This document shows, piece after piece, positions 53,712-63,584 of a stretch of DNA of 64,000 nucleotides (positions within the stretch are counted from its first letter, which is position 1; each line of letters starts with the position of its first letter). The DNA lies in IMG/VR virus record IMGVR_UViG_3300028840_003851; one strand, 5' to 3'. The notes beneath the pieces were generated by a model that was given only the letters and a program-made list of their open reading frames with translations, was not told where the DNA came from and did no database searches. Made by a program: the position numbers and the translations under genes. The DNA comes from a virus.

Positions 53712-54221
53712 CTATCCTGGGAATCCAGCTCTTTGTAGGTTAGCTATCCGCTGCTTGGGCGGAATTACTACAGGCCCCTTGTTGTGCTTCAAATTCGCCG
53801 CTGTCTCTTTTACCGCTCCTGGAAGAGTAGTAGCTGCCTCGATGGCCGTCATGAGACCTATGGCCATCTTTCTTAGCTCCTCCGGAGGGTCTATCCCGTA
53901 CCACCCGCAAGCGGTCTCTAGGTTCTTAGCAGCTACCTTCTGAGCCTCTACTGGTAGCTTGTGCGCTGTCTTCAGGAAGTACTCTACTGCTAGGGCGGTG
54001 TTTCCCTCATCGACACAAGCATACTTACGCAAGACGTCACCATTGTTGATGAGAACCAACGCAAACACATCATCAGGAAGACGGTCCCTCTCCTCTGGAG
54101 ATATGCAGTGAGCTCTCTTAACCATCTCTTGAGCTTGACCGTTGCTGTGTACTAGCTGCTTGTACACCTCTCCGTCTACGTCGTCATATATGTCTAGCAC
54201 GAGCCCGCATATCTTCTTCAT
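53712..54221 (-). CDS. Putative virion protein (169 aa)
   Basis: First gene of the minus-strand block; KRAH, KTAH, KMAI. Confidence 0.7.
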   Translation of the reverse strand: MKKICGLVLDIYDDVDGEVYKQLVHSNGQAQEMVKRAHCISPEERDRLPDDVFALVLINNGDVLRKYACVDEGNTALAVEYFLKTAHKLPVEAQKVAAKNLETACGWYGIDPPEELRKMAIGLMTAIEAATTLPGAVKETAANLKHNKGPVVIPPKQRIANLQRAGFPG

Positions 54222-54274
54222 TTACCTTCTCCAGCAGAGTAAATCCTACCTGCAAGAGTAAGGCAAAGCCTGGG

Positions 54275-54287
54275 ATAAGGGAACTGG
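54275..54287 (+). promoter_or_regulatory. Putative phage promoter variant ATAAGG-N4-TG-R heading the replication module
   Basis: ATAAGG GAAC TG G in a divergent gap. Confidence 0.55.
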
Positions 54288-54314
54288 AAGTAAGGCTTAC
54301 CAAGGAGGTAGTAC

Positions 54315-54863
54315 ATGGAGCCTGACATGAGGTGCTTCAGAGACGGTCTGTGGGACCCAGGAAACGCCAAGTGCGCCGGAGGGCTAGACCCGACGGCTAT
54401 CGACACCAGAACAGGAGGAAGGAAGGTGATGCCTCAGTGCAGGTTCTTCGAGACCTGCAGGGATAAGAAGATAGGGTCGTCCAGTATGACAAGAGCGAAC
54501 CCTACTCCACCATCAATATCTGTTCCGGGGATACCGCAAAGGCCCCCGGCGCCGTATAAGCAACCACAGCATCCCACGGCGCAGTACGCGCAGCAGGGGC
54601 AGATGGTTCCTACAAACGCTGGGGAGGTGATGATGATGCCCCCCTGGCAAGCATACTATGGGGCGCCCATGGTGCCCGTGCAGCAGGCTGCTCCTAGCCC
54701 AGTGCCGAGCGCTCTGGCACAGCCAGAGCCTATTGTAGCCGGGGTCAGCACCGGCAAAAGGTTGGCCACCGAGATGGCCAGAGCAGGCATCGGAACGATG
54801 CTGCAGCAGGCAGCTTATGCCATGCTGAACTGGCCATGGAGCAAACCAGAGCCTAGAGAGTAA
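54315..54863 (+). CDS. Pro/Gln-rich protein with N-terminal Cys motif
   Basis: SD AGGAGGT. Confidence 0.7.
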   Translation: MEPDMRCFRDGLWDPGNAKCAGGLDPTAIDTRTGGRKVMPQCRFFETCRDKKIGSSSMTRANPTPPSISVPGIPQRPPAPYKQPQHPTAQYAQQGQMVPTNAGEVMMMPPWQAYYGAPMVPVQQAAPSPVPSALAQPEPIVAGVSTGKRLATEMARAGIGTMLQQAAYAMLNWPWSKPEPRE

Positions 54864-54866
54864 TAG

Positions 54867-56624
54867 ATGAGGCTTGTCAGAAGAGATAAGAGCAAGGCGT
54901 ACTTGGGCGCATGGATGGCCGTGCCCAAGGACTACATCAACCTTGAAGGCACCAAGCAGGCTCTGACCGTATCAGAGAAGAGCAAGTACTCTGAGTACCC
55001 AGAGACGATACGCTTGTGGCGGGAGACAGAGCATCATCTCTGGTTCCCTAGAACATTCTGGCAAGCCTCCTCCCTTCCTTTCGATGTCGTGGACTGCAGA
55101 CCCAGGGAGCTAAAAAGGACCTCTATAGCTAGCCTCATAAAGCTAGACCACATAAGAGGGCCAAATGGGCTACACCCGACAGGAGAAAGAGTACAGGAGG
55201 AGGCGGTTCAAGCAATGCTAGATGCGGAAGGAGGTGTTCTTCAGCTGGCGTGCGGAAAGGGTAAAACGGTTGTAGCTCTGGAGGTAGTAGCGAGAAGTCG
55301 TGTCCCCGCTATCATCATCGTAGACAACACACATCTACTAGAGCAGTGGAGGAAGGAGATAGACAGGCATCTTGATGTACCTGGGGGAGTAGGGCTCATA
55401 CAAGGGTCTAAGGAGGACTGGGACAAGGACATTGTATTGTCCACGTACCAGACCTTGGCATCTAGAGCAGACTCTATTCCGTTCGAGGTATGCGCGCACT
55501 TCGGTGTAGCCATCTGGGATGAGGGACACCACCTCGCCGCTAAGATGTTCGCCAAGAGTGCAGACCTGTTCTACGGTAAGCGGTACGTACTATCTGCAAC
55601 AGCAGAACGGGAGGATGGTCTCTCCGTTGTGTATAAGCTGCATGTCGGTCCCGTGCTCTACAAGGACCTATCTCAGGTCTTAGTTCCTAGCATCTACTTC
55701 AGATGGACGGGGATGACTGTAGACGAGTCAGACCCTACGGCTAAGATAAAGGACTGCAACGGTGAGCTTCACTACAAGATGATGGCCGGTCATCTAGGAA
55801 GTATGCGGGACAGGCTGCGTTTCTTGATGAAGGACATCCAGCTCGCGTTAGATAACGACAGAAAGGTTCTTCTCTTGTCGGAGTCTAAAGCGGAGGTTCT
55901 TAACCTGTGGGCTATGTGGAACCTGGGAGAGGGGGCTGACCTCTACTCAGACATTCCAGTCCCTACAGAGCTGGATGTCGGAGAGACGATAAAACCAAAG
56001 GAGCTAACACCCAAAGAGAGAAAGGAGATAGAAGCGCAGATAGCTAAGATGGAACGGGTTCTATCGTCTAAGAAGGCTACAGAGGGCAAGAAGAGCCTAG
56101 CCAAAGGCAGGCTGGTAGACCTGAACCTGATGATGAAGAGACACCAGATACATCAAAAGATTGAGGCAGAGCACAAGCGTAGAAGAAAGAGGTGGATAGC
56201 TCACGTGCTAGAGCAAACGGAGAGCAGAAACCTACCGGCTGGCGTCATGGTCCATGACATCAAGCCGAAGAAAAGAGCGGAGCTTCTCGCGTACAAGAGG
56301 GTGACGTTCGCAATAGCCAAGTACGGCAAGGAGGGATTGGACTGCCAAGAGCTAGACACTCTCATGGTATCTGTGCCCTTCTCTAGCAGAAACTCTATGC
56401 AGCAGCTGATGGGCAGGGTGCTGCGTGTGCTAAAAGGCAAGAAGAGACCCGTGATGGTCGTATATGAGGACTCTATAAGCATGTTCCAGGCGATGTGCGG
56501 TAAGCTGCGAAGCCTCCTAAGGTCGTGGCCCTCCGATGAGGGAGGACCGTACAAGTACCACTACGTAGAGCATGTGTTTGGAGGAGCAAATCAATGTCAG
56601 ATAACGGATGCACTTGGGCAGTAG
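54867..56624 (+). CDS. Superfamily 2 helicase (UvsW/XPB-like)
   Basis: LACGKGKT, IWDEGHH, LSAT, KEGLDCQELD, QQLMGRVLR. Confidence 0.9.
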   Translation: MRLVRRDKSKAYLGAWMAVPKDYINLEGTKQALTVSEKSKYSEYPETIRLWRETEHHLWFPRTFWQASSLPFDVVDCRPRELKRTSIASLIKLDHIRGPNGLHPTGERVQEEAVQAMLDAEGGVLQLACGKGKTVVALEVVARSRVPAIIIVDNTHLLEQWRKEIDRHLDVPGGVGLIQGSKEDWDKDIVLSTYQTLASRADSIPFEVCAHFGVAIWDEGHHLAAKMFAKSADLFYGKRYVLSATAEREDGLSVVYKLHVGPVLYKDLSQVLVPSIYFRWTGMTVDESDPTAKIKDCNGELHYKMMAGHLGSMRDRLRFLMKDIQLALDNDRKVLLLSESKAEVLNLWAMWNLGEGADLYSDIPVPTELDVGETIKPKELTPKERKEIEAQIAKMERVLSSKKATEGKKSLAKGRLVDLNLMMKRHQIHQKIEAEHKRRRKRWIAHVLEQTESRNLPAGVMVHDIKPKKRAELLAYKRVTFAIAKYGKEGLDCQELDTLMVSVPFSSRNSMQQLMGRVLRVLKGKKRPVMVVYEDSISMFQAMCGKLRSLLRSWPSDEGGPYKYHYVEHVFGGANQCQITDALGQ

Positions 56625-56980
56625 TACAAACAGCCGCGGACACCTTCGTAGGTAAGATAAAGGAGGTCGGAGAGCACCGGGTAATACTGGAGGAGGCATA
56701 CATTATAAAAACATACACGACTCCTGTGCAGACACCTAAGGGAACAATGATGCAGGTGCACGATGTAATCCGCTCGTTTGGTCCCTGTTTAGAATCATTC
56801 TGCGTAACAGTGGTTCCCTCCGCAGTCATCTACTTCGATGACATGGATGGTAAGGACAAGCAGACCATGTTCGAGCTGCTAGAGACCGGTAAGAAGATGC
56901 TGCAAGCTGAGCGTCTACAACGGGCAGGGATGGTAACCGCGGATGCCGGACTATTACAGAAGCTTAACAGCCCTTCATGA
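56594..56980 (+). CDS. Hypothetical protein (128 aa)
   Basis: SD GGAGGAG; replication operon. Confidence 0.65.
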   Translation: MSDNGCTWAVVQTAADTFVGKIKEVGEHRVILEEAYIIKTYTTPVQTPKGTMMQVHDVIRSFGPCLESFCVTVVPSAVIYFDDMDGKDKQTMFELLETGKKMLQAERLQRAGMVTADAGLLQKLNSPS

Positions 56981-57710
56981 GGCATGGGAGGGATGCACCA
57001 GGTGCGCTCTAAGCGAGCGTAGAGAGTCGTTCCCGTTCTGCCATATGGTGCACGGGAGCGGCCCTACCGGGGGCGTCATGGTCATCGGTGAGGGACCCGG
57101 TAAGACAGAGGAGGAGGAAGGGTCCCCATTCGTCGGCAAGTCAGGCCAGCTTCTCCGGATACAGCTGGAGAACTTCGGTCTGCTAGACGACTGCTACATG
57201 ACCAACATAGTACTGTGCCGGTCCTGTAAACCTCTAGAGATTAACGGCGAGGTGGTGAAGCTCCGAGGAGAGATTACCATGGAGGATACACCGCCTAGGT
57301 ACCCCCACATAGAGGCTTGCCGCCCACGATTGATGAACGAGATTTATCTCGTAGACCCCATCATCATACTTGCCGTAGGCCGTTCTGCTGCCGAGGCTCT
57401 AGCGGGAGGCAACGTAAAGATAGTGAAAGAGACCGGCTCTATTCGCACAGTAGGTGTTCCCGGTGTAACGAAGGAGGCCTGCTTAACGGAGAAGAGAAGA
57501 GTGTGGAGGAGAAAGGTCAAAGGGAAGATGGTGGCACCAGTAAGACCGTACATGGTCAGGTATCCTCTAATGCCAATAGTTCATCCTTCGTTCGTTCTGA
57601 GGGACCTAGAGAACACAGCGCTTAACTCTCCCATGCACCGCTTTACGGACGCCATCAACACCCTTAAACGGATACTAGACATGAGGAAAGAGCTGTATGG
57701 AGAAAGATGA
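56943..57710 (+). CDS. udg: Uracil-DNA glycosylase, family 4 (Fe-S type)
   Basis: CTRC.L, VIGEGPG..E, FVGKSG, TNIVLCR, CRPRL..EI, VHPS. Confidence 0.9.
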   Translation: MPDYYRSLTALHEAWEGCTRCALSERRESFPFCHMVHGSGPTGGVMVIGEGPGKTEEEEGSPFVGKSGQLLRIQLENFGLLDDCYMTNIVLCRSCKPLEINGEVVKLRGEITMEDTPPRYPHIEACRPRLMNEIYLVDPIIILAVGRSAAEALAGGNVKIVKETGSIRTVGVPGVTKEACLTEKRRVWRRKVKGKMVAPVRPYMVRYPLMPIVHPSFVLRDLENTALNSPMHRFTDAINTLKRILDMRKELYGER

Positions 57711-58089
57711 GCTAGACGTCGATGAGATTCCGGAGGTAGCCGCTTTAGTCGCATTCGACGAGAGACACAAGGAGGAGCTAGAGCGTATGAGAGAGCTGCT
57801 GGAGGAGAGAGACATTCTTCTTCAAGCTGCCAGTAAAGCGGTTAGAGCATTGGGCGTGTCGTGCGGCCCGTTCAGAAAGATGTCGGAGTCGTACAAGATT
57901 AACTGGGAGGAGGCGCATGAGCTGTTGGGTGAGATAGCGTTTACCCATGTTGGAGGAACAGTAGAGAGAGTAGCAAAGTACAAAGGAGACAAGAACATGT
58001 ACATGGCAGCATGGGTACGTCGTGAGGTACCTGAGCAGGTTGACTCTCAGGTACGGACACTAGTTAGAAGGTACAAGGTGGAAGAATGA
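57697..58089 (+). CDS. Hypothetical protein (130 aa)
   Basis: Overlap-coupled in the replication operon. Confidence 0.65.
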   Translation: MEKDELDVDEIPEVAALVAFDERHKEELERMRELLEERDILLQAASKAVRALGVSCGPFRKMSESYKINWEEAHELLGEIAFTHVGGTVERVAKYKGDKNMYMAAWVRREVPEQVDSQVRTLVRRYKVEE

Positions 58090-58415
58090 TAAAGGGAACA
58101 CCTAAGATAGACGCTATGGAGCTCACCGCCTTCAAGGTGGAGCTGCCGGGTATGCGGATACTTACCAGGGTTGACCTGGTGGAGAGTGCAAACGGCCTCA
58201 TCCACGCAACCGTGAGGAGCGAGGAGGCCCACCAACCAGGAACCTGGTCGGAGGAGACCGTGGAGGCGGTTAAACGCCTGGCCGAGCTAATCGAGGCAGA
58301 CCTAGCCAATATTCACCTGGCCGGAATGGGGCCCACGGAGGACAGAAAAGGTCTGCAATTACCTGAGAGTGGACTAGGCGAGAACCTCAGCGGGTCCGAC
58401 GCCCCGTCTGTGTAG
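58086..58415 (+). CDS. Hypothetical protein (109 aa)
   Basis: ATGA overlap with the previous gene. Confidence 0.6.
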   Translation: MIKGTPKIDAMELTAFKVELPGMRILTRVDLVESANGLIHATVRSEEAHQPGTWSEETVEAVKRLAELIEADLANIHLAGMGPTEDRKGLQLPESGLGENLSGSDAPSV

Positions 58416-58486
58416 AGTTGACAGGCAGCTTACCGCCCCGCCATGCTGGGCGGTGCTGCGTTGAGGGAGACGCAGGAAGGAGGCGT

Positions 58487-59935
58487 ATGCCGTCAATCGA
58501 GGCTCAGCTCATATCTCACATCGTATCCACAGGTGACCTAGCAGGGGTCAAGAAGTGGGGCATCACATCGGACGACTTCCTTATAGAGGCGCACAAGCAG
58601 CAGTTCCTGAAGCTGGAGTCGCACTCTCAGATTAAGGGAGCCGACGGTAAGCCGATGGGTGTTAACGCTTTCCTGGAGGCTACCCCGGACTTCGAGATAT
58701 GCCATGACAAGAACACCGCTGTTGAGTACCTGTGCGAGCAGGTACGTTACAACAGAGTAGCCGTACAAGCAGAGGAGGTATCAGCAGACATCGCTAGGGC
58801 TCTGCAGAGAGACCCGATTAAAGCGATATCGATGGGAGAAGAAAGATACGCTAAGCTGCGTATGCTCTTAGCTAGAAAAGATGTAGACGTTACGTGGGTA
58901 GACTCTTACGCGAGAGCAATAGAGAACTACAAGCTAAGAGAGAGCGGCGTAATGACGGGAGTGTGCACGTATCCGTGGCACCCTCTTAACGATGTTACCC
59001 CCGGAGTAGAGAGAGGAGATTACATCGTCTTCTACGGTAGACCTAAGAGCTACAAGAGCTGGGTGCTCGCGTGGTTCTTGGTTCACGCGTACTTTCAAGG
59101 TCTGCGTGTGCTTGTCTACACAAAGGAGATGACACCAGACAACATCTTTGAACGCATGAGCGCCATCTTGGCGCAGGTAGACTACCACAACTACAAGACG
59201 TGCAGCCTGACAGAGGAGGAGAGGAGCTCCTTCTTTAACGGCATTGACTACATTAGGAACGCCCAGAAGGCGGATGGAAGATGCATCATCGCACTAAAGG
59301 GCAATGAGGTAGGAGAAGGGAGAGACACAGTTAGCTGGCTCAGCGGTAAGGTAGACGAGCACAAGCCCCATATTGTGGGCATCGACGGTATGTACCTAAT
59401 GAGCGCAGACATCAAGACAAAGCAAGACCACGAGCGAGTACGGTGTATCTCTAGGTCTATCAGAGCTATGATTCTAGCTAAAGGAGTCCCTGTTGTGGCT
59501 ACGCTACAGGCCAACAGGCAAGACTCAGACGAGCTACGAGACATGGCTCACAGTGATGCTCTAGGGCAAGACCCTACAGGCATCTACCGATGTGTGAACG
59601 ACAAGGACAGCCCTACGATATCCGTGATAGCTACAGGAGCTAGGGAGTACCGAATGAACGGCTTTCGTATCTGGGCAAAGCCTGCTGTCAGCTTCGGATT
59701 CCACAGCCTTCTTACGGCAGACCAGGTGGAGAAAGCAAAGGAGGGAGACACGGGAGAGGCGGAGGCAGACCCAGCCTCACACGCCAAGAGTAGAAAGAAG
59801 AAAGGAAAGGCGATGGCCACCAACCGTATAATGAGGAGCATCCAGGCGGCTGCCGAGGATATGAGCGAGGCGGTGCAAGTTGGATATAGAACAGGAGGTC
59901 CTGGCACTAGCCAGGAAGCACCTGAGACGGGTTAG
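58487..59935 (+). CDS. DnaB-like replicative helicase
   Basis: SD AGGAGG before ATG 58487; GRPKSYKS Walker A variant, TKEM, IVGIDGMYL, ATLQANR, HSDALGQD. Confidence 0.85.
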   Translation: MPSIEAQLISHIVSTGDLAGVKKWGITSDDFLIEAHKQQFLKLESHSQIKGADGKPMGVNAFLEATPDFEICHDKNTAVEYLCEQVRYNRVAVQAEEVSADIARALQRDPIKAISMGEERYAKLRMLLARKDVDVTWVDSYARAIENYKLRESGVMTGVCTYPWHPLNDVTPGVERGDYIVFYGRPKSYKSWVLAWFLVHAYFQGLRVLVYTKEMTPDNIFERMSAILAQVDYHNYKTCSLTEEERSSFFNGIDYIRNAQKADGRCIIALKGNEVGEGRDTVSWLSGKVDEHKPHIVGIDGMYLMSADIKTKQDHERVRCISRSIRAMILAKGVPVVATLQANRQDSDELRDMAHSDALGQDPTGIYRCVNDKDSPTISVIATGAREYRMNGFRIWAKPAVSFGFHSLLTADQVEKAKEGDTGEAEADPASHAKSRKKKGKAMATNRIMRSIQAAAEDMSEAVQVGYRTGGPGTSQEAPETG

Positions 59936-60875
59936 CCACTCAGGGCCTTACGATGTGATGGCGCTGTGCCCCTTCCATCGTAAGGCTGATGGGTCTATGG
60001 AGCGCACTCCATCTTTCGCTCTGTCTCTCTCGAAAGGCGTGTACTTCTGCCACGCCTGTGAAGAGTCAGGCAACCTGTATACGCTCCTGAGGCACCTGGG
60101 GCATACGAGAGACGACATCGAGTACGACTACCGTCGGCTCATTGATGCCGCCTCTCGCAACATACCCCCAGACCCCGACCCGCTAAGGCCGGGTATTGTG
60201 TCTACGGAGCCCATACCGGAGAAGCTCCTAGGATTGTTCGACTACTGCCCTGTCTCCCTAGAGGAGGCAGGATTTACAGAGGAGACACTAAGGAGGTTTG
60301 ATGTCGGGTTCGACAAGGAGCACATGCGCATCACCTTCCCCCTACGAGACATAAGAGGAAATCTCGTAGGGATAAGCGGTAGAAGCGTACTGAGCTCCTC
60401 ATCTCGGTACAAGATTTACTCATCGGAGTACGCTACGTGGGACATGCCACCCAGAAAAGGATGGGATAAGAGAACAGTACTGTATAACGCCCATGCAGTC
60501 ATGCCGGCCGTCTACTACTTTACAGGCACTGTAGAGGTGTTTGTGGTAGAAGGCTTCAAGGCGTGCATGTGGCTGGTGCAGCACGGGATGACCAACACTG
60601 TTGCTCTGATGGGTAGCTACCTTTCTTGGGAGCAGAAATGGATACTTGAAGCCATGGGTGCCGTAGTGTACCTTTTCTTGGATAACGACAGCTCAGGACA
60701 TAAAGGAACAGAGCAGGCTGCACAGACGCTTCAGCGAAGCATAAAGGTGCGGATAGCCACATATCCACAACGTCTGAAGAACATCAAAGCGCAACCAGAT
60801 GACCTGACAGCCGAGGAGCTACAAAGGGTCAAAGACAACGCTATAACGTTTGCGGAGTACATAAATCATGGGTGA
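59880..60875 (+). CDS. DnaG-like primase
   Basis: CPFH...CHAC Zn motif; RITFPLRD, GISGR; TOPRIM VVEG and FLDND. Confidence 0.9.
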   Translation: MDIEQEVLALARKHLRRVSHSGPYDVMALCPFHRKADGSMERTPSFALSLSKGVYFCHACEESGNLYTLLRHLGHTRDDIEYDYRRLIDAASRNIPPDPDPLRPGIVSTEPIPEKLLGLFDYCPVSLEEAGFTEETLRRFDVGFDKEHMRITFPLRDIRGNLVGISGRSVLSSSSRYKIYSSEYATWDMPPRKGWDKRTVLYNAHAVMPAVYYFTGTVEVFVVEGFKACMWLVQHGMTNTVALMGSYLSWEQKWILEAMGAVVYLFLDNDSSGHKGTEQAAQTLQRSIKVRIATYPQRLKNIKAQPDDLTAEELQRVKDNAITFAEYINHG

Positions 60876-62031
60876 GTACGGTAAGGACGACAAGGTTCTA
60901 GAGAGCATTCCTACACAGAACGCCAGCCTACGACAGAAGGCGAGGTTCTCTGAGACCACTGGGAGAAACGACAACGGGCCGAGCCGAAAGGCATATTGGG
61001 CCGAGAAGTTTAAGCTACCACTAGGGGCGCAGAACGCAGCCGCCGTTCGGATAGTCCCTGGTGAGTACCTACTTGTCGAGTCAGACAGGGAAGGCAACCT
61101 GTCTAAGATGGTAACCCCTTGGAAGAAGGTATTTGAGCACAGCTCCGGTAGCGGTACCGCCATCTGCAGCGGAGGACCGTTCAGGCTGATGGAGTCCCAC
61201 AGGGACATGGCGGATGAGTGCCTAGGCTGCGAGGCGTACTGGCAAGAAAGGTGGGATAGAAGAAACAGAGGGCAGGATGAGTGGAAGGACATGAAGAACA
61301 GGATAAGCCCCTTGTTCGGGTTCACCGTAGCGGTGCTGGGTGTCGTACATAAGGTACCCGCTAGATACGTTCAAGGGCCTAAGGCGGGAAGCGTTAAGGT
61401 AGACGGTAGAGGAGAGCCCGTGATGGAGTGGGTCACCTGCTCTAGGCAAGGGTGCGAAGGATGCCGCACGGGAGCTGAGACCCAGGATGGCATCAAGCTG
61501 CCCTGGGCCATGCGCAAAACACACTTCCAAACGCTCATAGGGTGGGAGACAACCGTCGGCATGGACTGCACGGCCTGCGGCGGTGACAGAACCATCCTCA
61601 CAGAGAAATGGGTGTGCCGTGGGTGCGGCAACGTCATCATCGACATGTCGTCTACGTACCTTAGCTCTGATGAGATAGAGCAGGTAGCCTTCAACCTTTA
61701 CAGCTGCCCGGAGTGCAGCACGCAGGCGTTCCCGAATGAGACACTATCTTGCACGCAGTGCGATACACCTGTCAGAGCAAACCTCTGGAACGTTGATATC
61801 TGCGTGTACGGAGAACGACCCCAAGGGAGCAACATCATTAGCTTACAGAACAGCTCTATATCAAAGCCGAAGCCCATAGACCGGAAGTACGCACATCTCG
61901 TCTTGGAGCCACTAGACCTAGATTCTTTGTTTGCCCCTGCGGACCTTGAGTACCAGCAGCGGCTGTGGAGCTCTAACAAGAGCATGAAGGAGCAGGCCAA
62001 CCGTATGGCCAGGGAATACGGTCGCGCATAA
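60868..62031 (+). CDS. Putative ssDNA-binding protein (gp32-like) with multiple Zn ribbons
   Basis: Position between primase and polymerase; VRIVPG, C...CLGC core; extra CxxC pairs. Confidence 0.55.
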   Translation: MGEYGKDDKVLESIPTQNASLRQKARFSETTGRNDNGPSRKAYWAEKFKLPLGAQNAAAVRIVPGEYLLVESDREGNLSKMVTPWKKVFEHSSGSGTAICSGGPFRLMESHRDMADECLGCEAYWQERWDRRNRGQDEWKDMKNRISPLFGFTVAVLGVVHKVPARYVQGPKAGSVKVDGRGEPVMEWVTCSRQGCEGCRTGAETQDGIKLPWAMRKTHFQTLIGWETTVGMDCTACGGDRTILTEKWVCRGCGNVIIDMSSTYLSSDEIEQVAFNLYSCPECSTQAFPNETLSCTQCDTPVRANLWNVDICVYGERPQGSNIISLQNSSISKPKPIDRKYAHLVLEPLDLDSLFAPADLEYQQRLWSSNKSMKEQANRMAREYGRA

Positions 62032-62047
62032 CCCGTAAACAGGAGAC

Positions 62048-62078
62048 GGGGGAGGGTGAGAGCCCTCCCCCTTTTTTT
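62048..62078 (+). terminator. Terminator-like hairpin abutting the polymerase start codon
   Basis: GGGGGAGGG-TGAGAG-CCCTCCCCC-TTTTTTT-ATG. Confidence 0.75.
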
Positions 62079-63584
62079 ATGGCACGCTGGAACATTGACG
62101 TACCCGTCTCTAAGTATGTCCAAGGTGTAGGGCCCGCAGCGCCGGATACCGTAGAGACGGCAAGCATAGAGAGCGTCGTACGCGCTCTCGAGGACCAGAA
62201 GATGATAGCTATAGACACAGAGACCACAGGTCTTAGCAACGTGTCTGACTATCCTCTGTACTGGTCTGTATCGTGGGGTAAGGAGCGTGTAGCGCTGCAC
62301 GCCTCGACACTCCCGCACTTCAAGCACGTCCTAGCGGACACCAGCAAGACATGGCTGTTGGCAAACGCCAAATTCGACATGCACATGCTGGCTAACTACG
62401 GCACACCTATCCAGGGAAAGGTTCACTGCATACAGGTCATGCATGCTCTTCTGTTCGCGGAGGAGAGCCACAAGCTAAAGGACATGGCCAATGATCTGCT
62501 TGGCAACAAGTGGACAGACTTTCAGAACACCTTCGGTAAGATATCAAAGAAGAAAGGAGTAACTGCCGAGGACGTAATACGCCGCGCAGAGGTGCAGGAC
62601 ATGCCTCTTCTTGTTGAGTACGCTTGTCTGGATGCGTGGGGCACCATGGAGCTGTACTACATCCTAAAGAAGATGCTGGAGAAAGAGCTGACGTACAGCC
62701 TGTATCCAGACACGTGGCCGTACATAGTCACTCTTTGGGACTACTTCGCTAGAGTAGAGGCCGTCTACACCAGGGTTCTGTGGGACCAGGAGAGAGTCGG
62801 TATCAAAATTGACATGGAGCGTGTCAACGACATCTCTCCCACCATAAAGAAGGGACTTGATAACGCAGAGAGGGAGGTGTGGAGGTTAGCGGGAAGGAAG
62901 CTGTCTACAGACAGTCCTGACCAGCTTCGGGAGAAGTTCTTTGGACCTAAGGAGCGGGGCAACTTCGGCCTTAAACCTCTGAAGAAGACTAAAGGAGGCA
63001 AGAAGGGAGAGCCCAAAGCCTCGACCGACGCCGAGGTTCTTCAGCGCATCGCTGAGGGTAACTACCCGCGAGAGGCTAGGGAGCTGGCGGGGGCTATCCT
63101 CGACTACCGAGACTTTGCGAAGATGTACAAAACGTACATCGTCGGCATTGGCAGGTACGTTGATGCTAGAGACCGCATACACACCACCTATAATCAGGAC
63201 ATAGCGAGGACCGGCAGGTTGTCCTCAAAAGAGCCAAACCTTCAAAATATCCCAAACCCAGAGAAGGACACCCGATGGAGAATACGAAGTGTGTTCATCG
63301 CCAGAGAGGGCTACACCTTAATAGTTGTCGACTACAAGCAGCTAGAGATGCGCCTTCTGGCATGTGCCGCTAACGACCCAGACATGCAGGGTGTCTTTCA
63401 TAGGAACTGGGACATCCACATGGGCAATGCGTCTCTCATGTACGGGGTCCCGTACGATGATATCGTCCTGGCAAAGAAGACAAGAAAGGCGGTCGATGCG
63501 AAGGAGCTAGAGGAGAGCGCGCTAACCGAGTACATGGTTGAGTGCTTAGGGTATAGAAACGATGTTAAGAATATCGGCTTCGGT
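62079..63584 (+). CDS. polA: Family A DNA polymerase, exon 1 (3'-5' exonuclease through the start of motif B)
   Basis: DTETT, NAKFD, YACLD exonuclease motifs; RTGRLSSKEPNLQNIP; motif A DYKQLEMR; ends RNDVKNIGFG. Confidence 0.93.

Noticed and set aside
3655-54260. Late promoter motif TTAC(A)-like upstream of minus-strand virion genes (about 3660, 7675, 54245)
   Set aside because: Only three short, inconsistent matches at variable spacing, and absent upstream of the RNAP gene; not enough to call.
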